DNA of 64,000 bases, taken from positions 77,285 to 141,284 of IMG/VR virus record IMGVR_UViG_3300023094_000009. One strand, given 5' to 3'. The position numbers and the translations under genes were made by a program. The stretch comes from a virus. Under the pieces are notes generated by a model that saw nothing but the letters and a program-made list of their open reading frames with translations, searched no databases and was not told the DNA's origin. Shown here one piece after another: positions 35,543-43,582 of the stretch (the first letter of the stretch is position 1; each line of letters opens with the position of its first letter).

Positions 35543-37255
35543 CTATTTATTTACTATAGTGTCAGAGATATTGCCTGTAGTTGTACTCATAATGTATCCG
35601 TTGTTCACATTATTTTGAATGTTGGAGTTTGCTGCGCCTATGTTGGATATATCTCCATTATTTCTGTTGTATTGAATATCTCCAGTATTTAAATTATTAC
35701 TTATACTTCCATTGTTAAGGTTGTTGGCAATATCTCCGCCGTTTGTATTCACAGCAAGTCTTCCAAGATTTGAATTATTTACAATAAAGCCGTCATTATC
35801 ATTTTCAGCTATGTCAGCTATGCAGGAGTTGTTTTTAATTGCCCCGTTATTTGTATTTGAGGCGATTTCACTTTCATTTGAATTACTGCTTATTTCTCCA
35901 TCATTAGAGTTACTATAGATAGCTCCTTTATTTGAATTACTGGCTATTTGACCATCATTAGAATTGTCATTTATATCTCCTAGATTTGTGTTTAGTGTGA
36001 TAAGCGAAGTATTTAAATTTTCTGATATACTTCCTAAATTACTGTTATACGTAATACTTCCAACATTACTGTTTGCATTAATGGTAGAAGTATTGGAGTT
36101 TCTCTCTATTGATCCCTCATTGGTATTATCATATATGCCAATACAAGTGTTATCAGCTATATTGCCGACATTGGAGTTATTCTGGAGTTCTCCTTGATTA
36201 GAATTGTTATGTATGTATCCTGTATTCGTATTGTCTCTGATATTTCTGCATGAGTTATAATATATGTCTCCAGCATTTGAATTTTTAGCAATTTCCCCCT
36301 GTAATTTATTACTATATATTAATGTTTCATTTGAATTATTGTAAATCCCAAAGCAATTATTATTGAAAATACTTGGATTGCCCCAATCTGTGATATCTAT
36401 AAAATTAAATGAAGAACCTAGACTATTGTTATTTAGATACCAATCAAAAGACATAATATTTCCCCTCTCATCCCATTGTTCACTAACCCAATCATGTGTA
36501 AAGTCATAAACACAACCAAAAGTTTTACTGGTATAATAGGTATCATTTGTTATAGGGATCAACACCCAATTTGTACTGTCTAAAGTTATATCATCATCCG
36601 CAGAACCTATATTCCCTGTAAGACTTCTCCATACTTTCCCTCCCCAAACAGCTACATCATTTATAGCAGGATTCAGGGAACTGTACCAAACTCCCATTAT
36701 TCCTGTTGCTGGAGTGTAATATGCACTCTTTACGATCCTCATTGTTCTTTCTCCTACACTGGAAAGGATATTATTTGCAAGAGCCTGAACAAAGATTCCT
36801 TTGTCGGTAATGCTGTATGTTACTCCTTCTATCAACTCTTCATCAGAAATAAGTGTTTCAGCTTCTGCGTATGTCACTTCTATGAAAAATGGTTCAGATT
36901 CACCTCCGTTACAGATATTATTGGTTGAAATAACTGTATTGGTAAGGTCTTCAACTACATCAATTCTGACCCCACCAAATTCACACACAACTCCTGCTGA
37001 TATAGCTGTAACTACAATATGTGCATCTGTTGACAGTGTTTGTTGTATCTGGCAGATTGTTTCTCCAAAAGTCTCCATGACCCTCGTAAGTTCATTCCCT
37101 TTTTCTACACCCAGACATTCAATATCTTTCCCACAATACAAAAGTCTCTCCTGACTGTTGCAGGGGTCACACTTTGGGGCGCATGTATTTGGTTTGTAGC
37201 AATTATTATGGTGTCCGTTATTGTGACAACTATGATTTCCGCATTTATTACACAT
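35543..37255 (-). CDS. Fibre/spike protein: Cys/His-rich N-terminus plus Asn-rich 9-aa repeat beta-solenoid
   Basis: Repeats N-S/T-N-x-G-x-I-x-x through the C-terminal part. Confidence 0.75.
   Translation of the reverse strand: MCNKCGNHSCHNNGHHNNCYKPNTCAPKCDPCNSQERLLYCGKDIECLGVEKGNELTRVMETFGETICQIQQTLSTDAHIVVTAISAGVVCEFGGVRIDVVEDLTNTVISTNNICNGGESEPFFIEVTYAEAETLISDEELIEGVTYSITDKGIFVQALANNILSSVGERTMRIVKSAYYTPATGIMGVWYSSLNPAINDVAVWGGKVWRSLTGNIGSADDDITLDSTNWVLIPITNDTYYTSKTFGCVYDFTHDWVSEQWDERGNIMSFDWYLNNNSLGSSFNFIDITDWGNPSIFNNNCFGIYNNSNETLIYSNKLQGEIAKNSNAGDIYYNSCRNIRDNTNTGYIHNNSNQGELQNNSNVGNIADNTCIGIYDNTNEGSIERNSNTSTINANSNVGSITYNSNLGSISENLNTSLITLNTNLGDINDNSNDGQIASNSNKGAIYSNSNDGEISSNSNESEIASNTNNGAIKNNSCIADIAENDNDGFIVNNSNLGRLAVNTNGGDIANNLNNGSISNNLNTGDIQYNRNNGDISNIGAANSNIQNNVNNGYIMSTTTGNISDTIVNK
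35645..36340 (-). repeat. Tandem 27-bp (9-aa) coding repeat, roughly 25 degenerate units
   Basis: NSNVGSITY NSNLGSISE NLNTSLITL NTNLGDIND NSNDGQIAS NSNKGAIYS ... Confidence 0.8.
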
Positions 37256-37256
37256 A

Positions 37257-37859
37257 TTACATTTTCTTTATTATCATTTTTATATAGTCTAGCTGAGGAG
37301 TTCCTCCGCTTATGTATGTTACTTTTAAATCGGGTATCAAGGTATCTCCCTGGGCCAGATTTACGTATAGCTTAGATGTAGTGGGATAATTTCCTGAGGA
37401 TGTCCTTAACTCTGAAGAGGCAAAGTTGCTTAGACTTGTACCAGGTGTATAGGCAGGAGTAGATGGTGTAGCACCATTAACACGCAACCCTAAAACCCAG
37501 TTTACTGCAAAACCACTGTCAACGGATATTGCTGTTTCCAAGTCAATCTCATACGTTCCTGCTCCTGTGCTTATAGTTTGTAGAAGAGCTGAGGAGTATG
37601 TGTTATCAGGATATGCTGTGTTTGTCCTCATCCATGTATTTGTAGTGAATGCACTAAAATCACCAGCCCACATTCTTGTTGCAACAAGAGGGGAACAATC
37701 ACACTCTGTGCAAACTGCTGTATTAATTTTACCTAATACAGTATTGAAGTCATCTCCCTTTTCTACATTAATGCATTCGAGCCTGTCCCCACAGTACTTA
37801 AGTGTAGGCTTTACTCCTCCTTTTGTCCCGCAACCACAATCTTTTTTCTTAGATGCCAT
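37257..37859 (-). CDS. Cys-rich N-terminus structural protein with beta-sandwich head (200 aa)
   Basis: Shares the YCG..(L/I)EC..VEKG motif with the 570-aa protein. Confidence 0.7.
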   Translation of the reverse strand: MASKKKDCGCGTKGGVKPTLKYCGDRLECINVEKGDDFNTVLGKINTAVCTECDCSPLVATRMWAGDFSAFTTNTWMRTNTAYPDNTYSSALLQTISTGAGTYEIDLETAISVDSGFAVNWVLGLRVNGATPSTPAYTPGTSLSNFASSELRTSSGNYPTTSKLYVNLAQGDTLIPDLKVTYISGGTPQLDYIKMIIKKM

Positions 37860-37861
37860 GT

Positions 37862-38680
37862 TTACTTCAGTTTTATTATGTCTTGTACTTTACTTTCTGG
37901 CGTAATATGAATTCCATTATTCTTGTAATATGATAAGAATCGGTTGATGTAGTTATTACCTGTCCTTGGGCTTGTCGCATATATTTTTACAAATTGATCA
38001 AGTTGCCCTGTATATATAAAATCATATCCCGGCAGATATGGAGACTTCCCTCCATAAGTTTTTGGATTATCATTTATTTCCTTTGAGTAATAAGGTTTTA
38101 TTAACTTTCTTTTCCCAAGTGGAAATGCAGAATGTTTTCCAGATGCAACCTTAAGAACATAATCCCGAAGAGCTAAAATTCCATCCTCAAGCGTGGGGAA
38201 TCTTCTTGTTGCTCCTGAATCTGTATTGCCTACATTTCCAGGGTTATTGGTATTGAAATTCTTTTCCCCGTAATCGTACCCCTCTTGCATTGCAATTGTA
38301 TTCATAAATAACTTAAGCCCTTTCGGATCATTAATTAGAACTTTTTCTGATGCGGGTAAGTACTTTTCCAACATTCCTTTGCTGAAGGTAATTGTTACTT
38401 CATCGTTGTAAGGAGCATCAGGATAAGTGCTTCCTTTGATTGTTACATTTTTGTATTTATCTGTTTTTGCCGTTTCCTCTTTTAAGAGAGCTACGTCTGA
38501 ACGGACATAGCCTTTTATCCCTTCTATTTTCACATTATACCACACCTTTCCATTATGTGGAGGTGTTGTAAGAATATATTCTGCCCCTTTCTTGTCAGTG
38601 ATTACGCTTACAATCTTAGAATCTGTGTCAGGTAACTGTCTTACATTTGTAGCTGAGCCTTTTGCAAATATTTTTTTCAT
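37862..38680 (-). CDS. Endolysin-like protein: SH3b cell-wall binding domain plus lysozyme-like catalytic domain
   Basis: Likely start ATG 38680 (ATGA overlap); TNVRQLPDTDSKIV...WYNVKIEGIKGYVRSD (SH3b); QEG...NNPGNVGN...FPTLEDGI...YA motif. Confidence 0.75.
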   Translation of the reverse strand: MKKIFAKGSATNVRQLPDTDSKIVSVITDKKGAEYILTTPPHNGKVWYNVKIEGIKGYVRSDVALLKEETAKTDKYKNVTIKGSTYPDAPYNDEVTITFSKGMLEKYLPASEKVLINDPKGLKLFMNTIAMQEGYDYGEKNFNTNNPGNVGNTDSGATRRFPTLEDGILALRDYVLKVASGKHSAFPLGKRKLIKPYYSKEINDNPKTYGGKSPYLPGYDFIYTGQLDQFVKIYATSPRTGNNYINRFLSYYKNNGIHITPESKVQDIIKLK

Positions 38681-39492
38681 ACGCCTCTGTTTAAATTTGT
38701 GTTCATTGTCTGAATCCCAAGGTATGATATTGTTCTTTCCTTCATTAATAAGGAATCTCCTATTGTACATCCTGAACATTCATTATCCATATAAACTGCT
38801 GATCCAAAAGTAGGATTCATTGCCCCTATCCATAAGTTAGCACTTGGAATTATACCTGTAGTAGGAGAGATAGTCTGTGCTATTATTTTCTCATTTTTCT
38901 GTATAACTCTGCCTTCCACAACAGAAACATTCCCCTGATAGAAATACTGGGAACCAATACTTGGTTCTATAACTGAAAATCTTGTAGAAAGATTACCATC
39001 ATCATAGATAACCTCGCTTCCGCCAGCTCGTTGTATAGCGAGTCCATATAAAGGATTTCCTGTTGATGTATCACCTACTCCAATGTTCCATCCATTTCCT
39101 ACAACTGCATTGGTTCTTGAAGAGAAACTTATGTTGTGGTCTGCCTGAAAATTTGTAAATTCTGTGGATATATTCAGACCTGTGTCTGCGTAAGCATTTA
39201 CACCATTTGGTTTTGCTCCTGTTGCAGAGTGAATCCATACTCCCGAAAAGCTTAACTGATATTGTGCAGGGTTTTTTAAATTAAATGAATGCGTAAAAGC
39301 AGAGCCTCCCACCATAGGATAAATAGCTTTGTACTTATTCCATATTCCATTTATTTTGTAAAACTTTACTAACCAATCAATCTGATCAATTATATCTGCA
39401 TCAGAGATACCTGTAGAATTTATAAAATTTTGTGTATCAGGATCTATTGGAGTAACTGAACTTCTTACCTTTATATATAAGTCGTTATTCAT
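38677..39492 (-). CDS. Virion protein with lectin/LamG-like beta-sandwich
   Basis: GIWNKYKAIYPMVGG...HSFNLKNP motif common in phage tail-associated proteins. Confidence 0.6.
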   Translation of the reverse strand: MNNDLYIKVRSSVTPIDPDTQNFINSTGISDADIIDQIDWLVKFYKINGIWNKYKAIYPMVGGSAFTHSFNLKNPAQYQLSFSGVWIHSATGAKPNGVNAYADTGLNISTEFTNFQADHNISFSSRTNAVVGNGWNIGVGDTSTGNPLYGLAIQRAGGSEVIYDDGNLSTRFSVIEPSIGSQYFYQGNVSVVEGRVIQKNEKIIAQTISPTTGIIPSANLWIGAMNPTFGSAVYMDNECSGCTIGDSLLMKERTISYLGIQTMNTNLNRGV

Positions 39493-40355
39493 ATTTTTTC
39501 AATGTCTAAAGTTATCACTGAAACACCATCAACAGAAACATCAATTTCATCACCAAAAATTATTGATGTGCCTAATGTGTAAGGAGTTCCGTTAACTTCT
39601 ATAACTGCCACTGGCGCGTTATTTACATCTGTCACACTATTTATCTTAAAATCATAAGGTGCATAGAGTGTGACATCTAGGGTCCCTTCCATGAAATCCA
39701 GAGTCCAACCATATTTTAAAACATAATCACTTTGAGCTAATGTGGAAGGCGTAACAAACTTATCGCTGTTTGTTCCAGTGTTAACTTCTGTCTGTGTAGC
39801 TTGATACGCACTTTTTTGGTAAATCCACTCTATACCATCAGAATAATAGAATCCTTCTGGGTAGTATGTTCCTCCAAGACTTCCGGGTAACCAAGCTGTT
39901 CCTTGACTGTTCTGTGTAATGTAGATTTGACCTTCCACTGTTGCCGGATCAGGAAGTGCTGAATAATTAGCTACAATTGTTGGATCTTCTTCATAATCTT
40001 CCAAATCTGAAAACCTTACAAATGGATCTGCTCCTCCGTTCTGAAATTCTTCAAGGTCATAGGCAGAGGGATCGAAGGGTACTCCTCCACCTGAATTAAA
40101 ATTTCCTGTGTTGTTCTGATAGAATTCTTCCCACTCTTCCAAGGAATACTGTGTCCCGTCTTCTTTTAGTATTTGGGTAAGTCGTAAAGTAACATTACAT
40201 CCCCAACCTCTTACATTTAAAATTTTATATGATCTTCTATTTTCTGTGTTCTGGATTACTCTTACGTCTTTAACCAATCCTGTCCAGATATGCTGTCCAT
40301 CTTCTGAGGTTATATAGATGTAGTTTCCAACTCTGAATATCCTGTATCGTTTCAT
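39489..40355 (-). CDS. Structural/fibre-like protein (288 aa)
   Basis: ATQTEVNTGTNSDKFVTPSTL fibre repeat; coupled ORF. Confidence 0.65.
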   Translation of the reverse strand: MKRYRIFRVGNYIYITSEDGQHIWTGLVKDVRVIQNTENRRSYKILNVRGWGCNVTLRLTQILKEDGTQYSLEEWEEFYQNNTGNFNSGGGVPFDPSAYDLEEFQNGGADPFVRFSDLEDYEEDPTIVANYSALPDPATVEGQIYITQNSQGTAWLPGSLGGTYYPEGFYYSDGIEWIYQKSAYQATQTEVNTGTNSDKFVTPSTLAQSDYVLKYGWTLDFMEGTLDVTLYAPYDFKINSVTDVNNAPVAVIEVNGTPYTLGTSIIFGDEIDVSVDGVSVITLDIEKI

Positions 40356-40643
40356 CTAAATTCTTTTTTCAAGCTCTGCAACTTTTTTGGTTAGATTTAC
40401 TATCAGTTCTTTATGCTCTCCCAGGGAAGTTTCACACGCTATCCTGTGTTCCCTCTCTTCATCAAGCATCTGATCGAGCTTAGCTAAAAGTTTAGAAGAA
40501 GTTTCAACTATTTGGTCAGTTCCTTTTGTAATTGCGTCTGTGTTTTCGTTTTTAGCTCTCTGTCGCCCTCCAAAACGCCACGCTGCCATAGTCGCCACCA
40601 ATCCTGTAATTCCTATTGCAATTTCTGTGTTATCCATGCTCAT
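40356..40643 (-). CDS. Membrane-anchored coiled-coil protein (holin-like)
   Basis: Single N-terminal hydrophobic helix then coiled coil. Confidence 0.55.
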   Translation of the reverse strand: MSMDNTEIAIGITGLVATMAAWRFGGRQRAKNENTDAITKGTDQIVETSSKLLAKLDQMLDEEREHRIACETSLGEHKELIVNLTKKVAELEKRI

Positions 40644-40960
40644 CAGCTCATTCTTATTTTTACAAATCCATCTGGCGTTTTATAAGGCTTGCCTACTTCT
40701 ACACCTCCTGCTGTTGCGGCTGCATCATTTGCATATATCTGCAAGGTGGCATAATCTATTTTTCTTCCTAAAGCAATCCATATACTCTTTATCCTTTGCT
40801 CTAAAGTCAGAATCAGCTTAGAGAGAAAGTCTCCCTGTACGATGCCAAAATATGTATTCTGATTCAAAACTACACACTCCTCAGATACAAATTCTCCATC
40901 GCAATCAATAGGTGAATTATCAACTTCTGGATCGCAATCCTTTCTACAATGTCGCGGCAT
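40643..40960 (-). CDS. Cys-containing small structural protein (105 aa)
   Basis: CV...GIVQGDFLSKLI motif; YANDAAATAGGVEVGKPY fibre motif. Confidence 0.65.
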   Translation of the reverse strand: MPRHCRKDCDPEVDNSPIDCDGEFVSEECVVLNQNTYFGIVQGDFLSKLILTLEQRIKSIWIALGRKIDYATLQIYANDAAATAGGVEVGKPYKTPDGFVKIRMS

Positions 40961-40962
40961 AT

Positions 40963-41700
40963 TTATTTAATTTTTTCAACAATCATCTTGACATAGTTCA
41001 ATACATATGTCGCTTCTGTTTGCTTTTTGGTGGAAAATCTTGCAATATCATTCGTCTGCATTTTAACTACAAACGTCACTGTATTGCTATTATAAGTCGT
41101 TACAAGAACCTGACTGAACAAACTGGTCAAAGGAGCAAATCCGTTCAAGCTTAATCCTACATTGAATGTAGCAGTGGTTTGATTTGAAGCATTTATTCCT
41201 AACTCAAATGTAAACTTGTAGGTTCCAGTTTTTGTAGCCTTGTATTGAAGTTCTGTTGCCGTTGAGTTTAACCAATCGGTTGTGGTTACATTAAGCGTAG
41301 TTGAATAGGCATCAAACTTCTTTAGGATTTCACAGCAAGTGTCGTCCTCACAATTTTCCTCTCCGCAATTGTTACAATTCTCTGGAACTTCTTCCCCATC
41401 AAGACGTTTAACTATATCACAAAGAAGGCTTTCATGAGCACCTACAACATCTTTCAATGTCAAGCCCCTATCTGAATCTGATACCTCATATTCTAGGCAA
41501 CAGCCAAATTCAGAAAAATTTAAATCCTCTGTAGTCTGATCAATGGCTACTGTGAGGTCTTCAATTACTTCTTCTACATTCAGGCAATCATCTTCGTCCA
41601 GAGTAGAATTTTCACGTAGGATTCCTTCATAGTCTACACATCGTGCATTTATTGTTGGAAAACATCTGTCAGATAATTCTGGCTTACATTTTTTTGCCAT
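40963..41700 (-). CDS. Cys-rich structural protein with C-terminal beta-sandwich (245 aa)
   Basis: NARCVDYEG motif; C-terminus (LNYVKMIVEKIK) resembles that of the 200-aa protein (LDYIKMIIKKM). Confidence 0.7.
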   Translation of the reverse strand: MAKKCKPELSDRCFPTINARCVDYEGILRENSTLDEDDCLNVEEVIEDLTVAIDQTTEDLNFSEFGCCLEYEVSDSDRGLTLKDVVGAHESLLCDIVKRLDGEEVPENCNNCGEENCEDDTCCEILKKFDAYSTTLNVTTTDWLNSTATELQYKATKTGTYKFTFELGINASNQTTATFNVGLSLNGFAPLTSLFSQVLVTTYNSNTVTFVVKMQTNDIARFSTKKQTEATYVLNYVKMIVEKIK

Positions 41701-41929
41701 ACCTCTTTATTTTTTGTTCTATTGTTTTTATATGGTCTTCTGTAAGATAGCACGGCTCTTGGCAGTAAATATTGTCTAGAAATATGAGTTCACTTATTTC
41801 ACATTCTGTTGGAGGACATCCAACTTTAAATCTTCTGAATTTTTCCAGTTGGTTGTGAGAGTAAATCAGAGCTTCTGTTATAACTCTCCTCAAGTCATGC
41901 CTCAATATGTCCTGTGTGCTATTCTCCAT
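41684..41929 (-). CDS. Hypothetical protein (81 aa)
   Basis: Overlapping ORF within the operon. Confidence 0.65.
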   Translation of the reverse strand: MENSTQDILRHDLRRVITEALIYSHNQLEKFRRFKVGCPPTECEISELIFLDNIYCQEPCYLTEDHIKTIEQKIKRYGKKM

Positions 41930-42179
41930 TGATGCTGTCCTTTAGTGTTTGGATAAACTCATTTGAGGGGCAGAACTTGGAATTTGTCAAGAGGTTTGCT
42001 ATCTCTGTTGCAGTTGTTAGCAGGTATTCCTTTCTTGTGAGGTCTATTGTACTGTTAGCTTTTATTAGAGCTGTTTTTTTCAGTTCTTTTAGCTTATTCC
42101 TTTTGTTGGGGCAGTCTATGCTATTCGCTCCATAAAGCAAGGAATTTTTTTTCTTTTTGGCGCATGCTGAACATCCCAT
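41919..42179 (-). CDS. Small Cys-containing protein (86 aa)
   Basis: MGCSAC start; within the operon. Confidence 0.65.
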   Translation of the reverse strand: MGCSACAKKKKNSLLYGANSIDCPNKRNKLKELKKTALIKANSTIDLTRKEYLLTTATEIANLLTNSKFCPSNEFIQTLKDSINGE

Positions 42180-42180
42180 A

Positions 42181-42696
42181 TCACTGACAATTTTTGCAAT
42201 TAATAATCTTATCTAATGCTTTTCTTGCCACTCGGTAGGCATAGTTAGCATCTTTAATCAATCCTTTTCTATTATAGGCTTCTGCCACTTTTTTCTGAAA
42301 TTCTATTTCCAGCAAATCCTTTCTCTGACAATCCGTACACTCTCTGCTCAAAGCTTCAATGTAAGCGATGTCTAAATCCCTTTGCAGAATATCTAGCTTC
42401 AAGTAATCATACTCAACAAAGAACTTGTCTGGTGAAGCCTTGATGAGAACGTGATAGAGTCCATCTGGCAATTCCACTGAAGGACAAGTATCATCACAGA
42501 TCATATCCAAAGAGGAAGCGTCATAAGAAGTATCCTGCTTGTAGAAATATCTCTTCACTGGCGAAGAATAGCCCGGCATCGTGATTTCTATTACAGCAGG
42601 TTTATCCTGAGCAATACCCCAACAAGACAAGTCTTGAATATGCAGAAAATATAAGTCACTGCTTATACGAAAGTCTATTTCTATGTTAGGATTCAT
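42181..42696 (-). CDS. Structural protein (171 aa)
   Basis: LPDGLY motif; TAATTTTA box 4 nt upstream. Confidence 0.7.
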   Translation of the reverse strand: MNPNIEIDFRISSDLYFLHIQDLSCWGIAQDKPAVIEITMPGYSSPVKRYFYKQDTSYDASSLDMICDDTCPSVELPDGLYHVLIKASPDKFFVEYDYLKLDILQRDLDIAYIEALSRECTDCQRKDLLEIEFQKKVAEAYNRKGLIKDANYAYRVARKALDKIINCKNCQ

Positions 42697-42771
42697 GTTA
42701 TAAAATTAAGGGATTTTTATGGTAATCTAAAATAAATGGATAATGTGTCTATTTAGAATTTATTTGCTTTT

Positions 42772-43302
42772 TTAAAACTTATTCCCGAGAACATATCCTA
42801 CAACAAGTCCTGCAACACCTCCTTCAAGTCTTCCTTTCCACCTGTTTTTCTTGGATGTTTTCTTTTCCTTTTCAACATCTTGCTTCAAGCCTGAAATTTC
42901 ATCCTTGTAAACTATTTTAACCAAAGAATCATTCTTAATAACTCCCTGTTGTGTACTAATGACGAATTCTTGCTTATCAATTATTGTGTCTTGTTTCAGA
43001 ACTGTCTCTAAACAAGTTTTTCTTAGCAGGTAGGTGGATGTATCTGCTTTCTGGTACAGAAGTGAATCAAGAGTTCTTCTTAGTTGTATGTAGTCTTGTC
43101 CTTCCTGTATATATTTAATTTCAGATAGAGTTTTATATATTTCAGTCTTTTTTCCTGCGCTCTCTTCTTCAATTGCTTGGACTATTGGTGACTCTTTTAT
43201 CTTGACTTCTTTTTTATTTCCCGCCAGAAATAAAATGAGCATCAACGTCCCAAAAATAAGTCCAATAATTCCTATCGCGGGTAATATTTTATCCTTCCAC
43301 AT
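42772..43302 (-). CDS. Spanin-like membrane protein
   Basis: N-terminal TM helix, coiled coil, C-terminal hydrophobic Gly-rich helix; next to holin. Confidence 0.55.
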   Translation of the reverse strand: MWKDKILPAIGIIGLIFGTLMLILFLAGNKKEVKIKESPIVQAIEEESAGKKTEIYKTLSEIKYIQEGQDYIQLRRTLDSLLYQKADTSTYLLRKTCLETVLKQDTIIDKQEFVISTQQGVIKNDSLVKIVYKDEISGLKQDVEKEKKTSKKNRWKGRLEGGVAGLVVGYVLGNKF

Positions 43303-43516
43303 CTTGTTTTGATTTTTTGTCCCAAACTGTAAGTCCCAGAGTTACAGCAGTTAGCATTAAAAGACCCTCGAAAACATATTCTTTGGTTTCTAGTTTAAAT
43401 ACTACAGGAAGGACAATCTCGTATACTAGTGCTCCTGTGAAAGCAAAGAATGCTGTCAATGATTTTCTTGACCATACTCCTGCTTTATTCTTTAGTGTAT
43501 CTCTGATTATTTTCAT
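43289..43516 (-). CDS. Putative holin (2 TM helices)
   Basis: 75 aa, WSRKSLTAFF then two hydrophobic helices, charged C-terminus. Confidence 0.65.
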   Translation of the reverse strand: MKIIRDTLKNKAGVWSRKSLTAFFAFTGALVYEIVLPVVFKLETKEYVFEGLLMLTAVTLGLTVWDKKSKQDVEG

Positions 43517-43530
43517 TAGATTTTATTTTA

Positions 43531-43568
43531 AAAGAAAAAGGGCAGGTTATTAGCCCACCCTTCTCTTT
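43531..43568 (-). terminator. Rho-independent terminator
   Basis: AAGGGTGGGC...ACCTGCCCTT followed by T-rich run after the 844-aa gene. Confidence 0.65.
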
Positions 43569-43582
43569 GTTTATTTTACTTT

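Noticed and set aside
38680-38779. N-terminal extension of the 305-aa ORF
   Set aside because: Overlaps the upstream gene by about 100 bp; ATGA coupling at 38680 gives a clean SH3b start.
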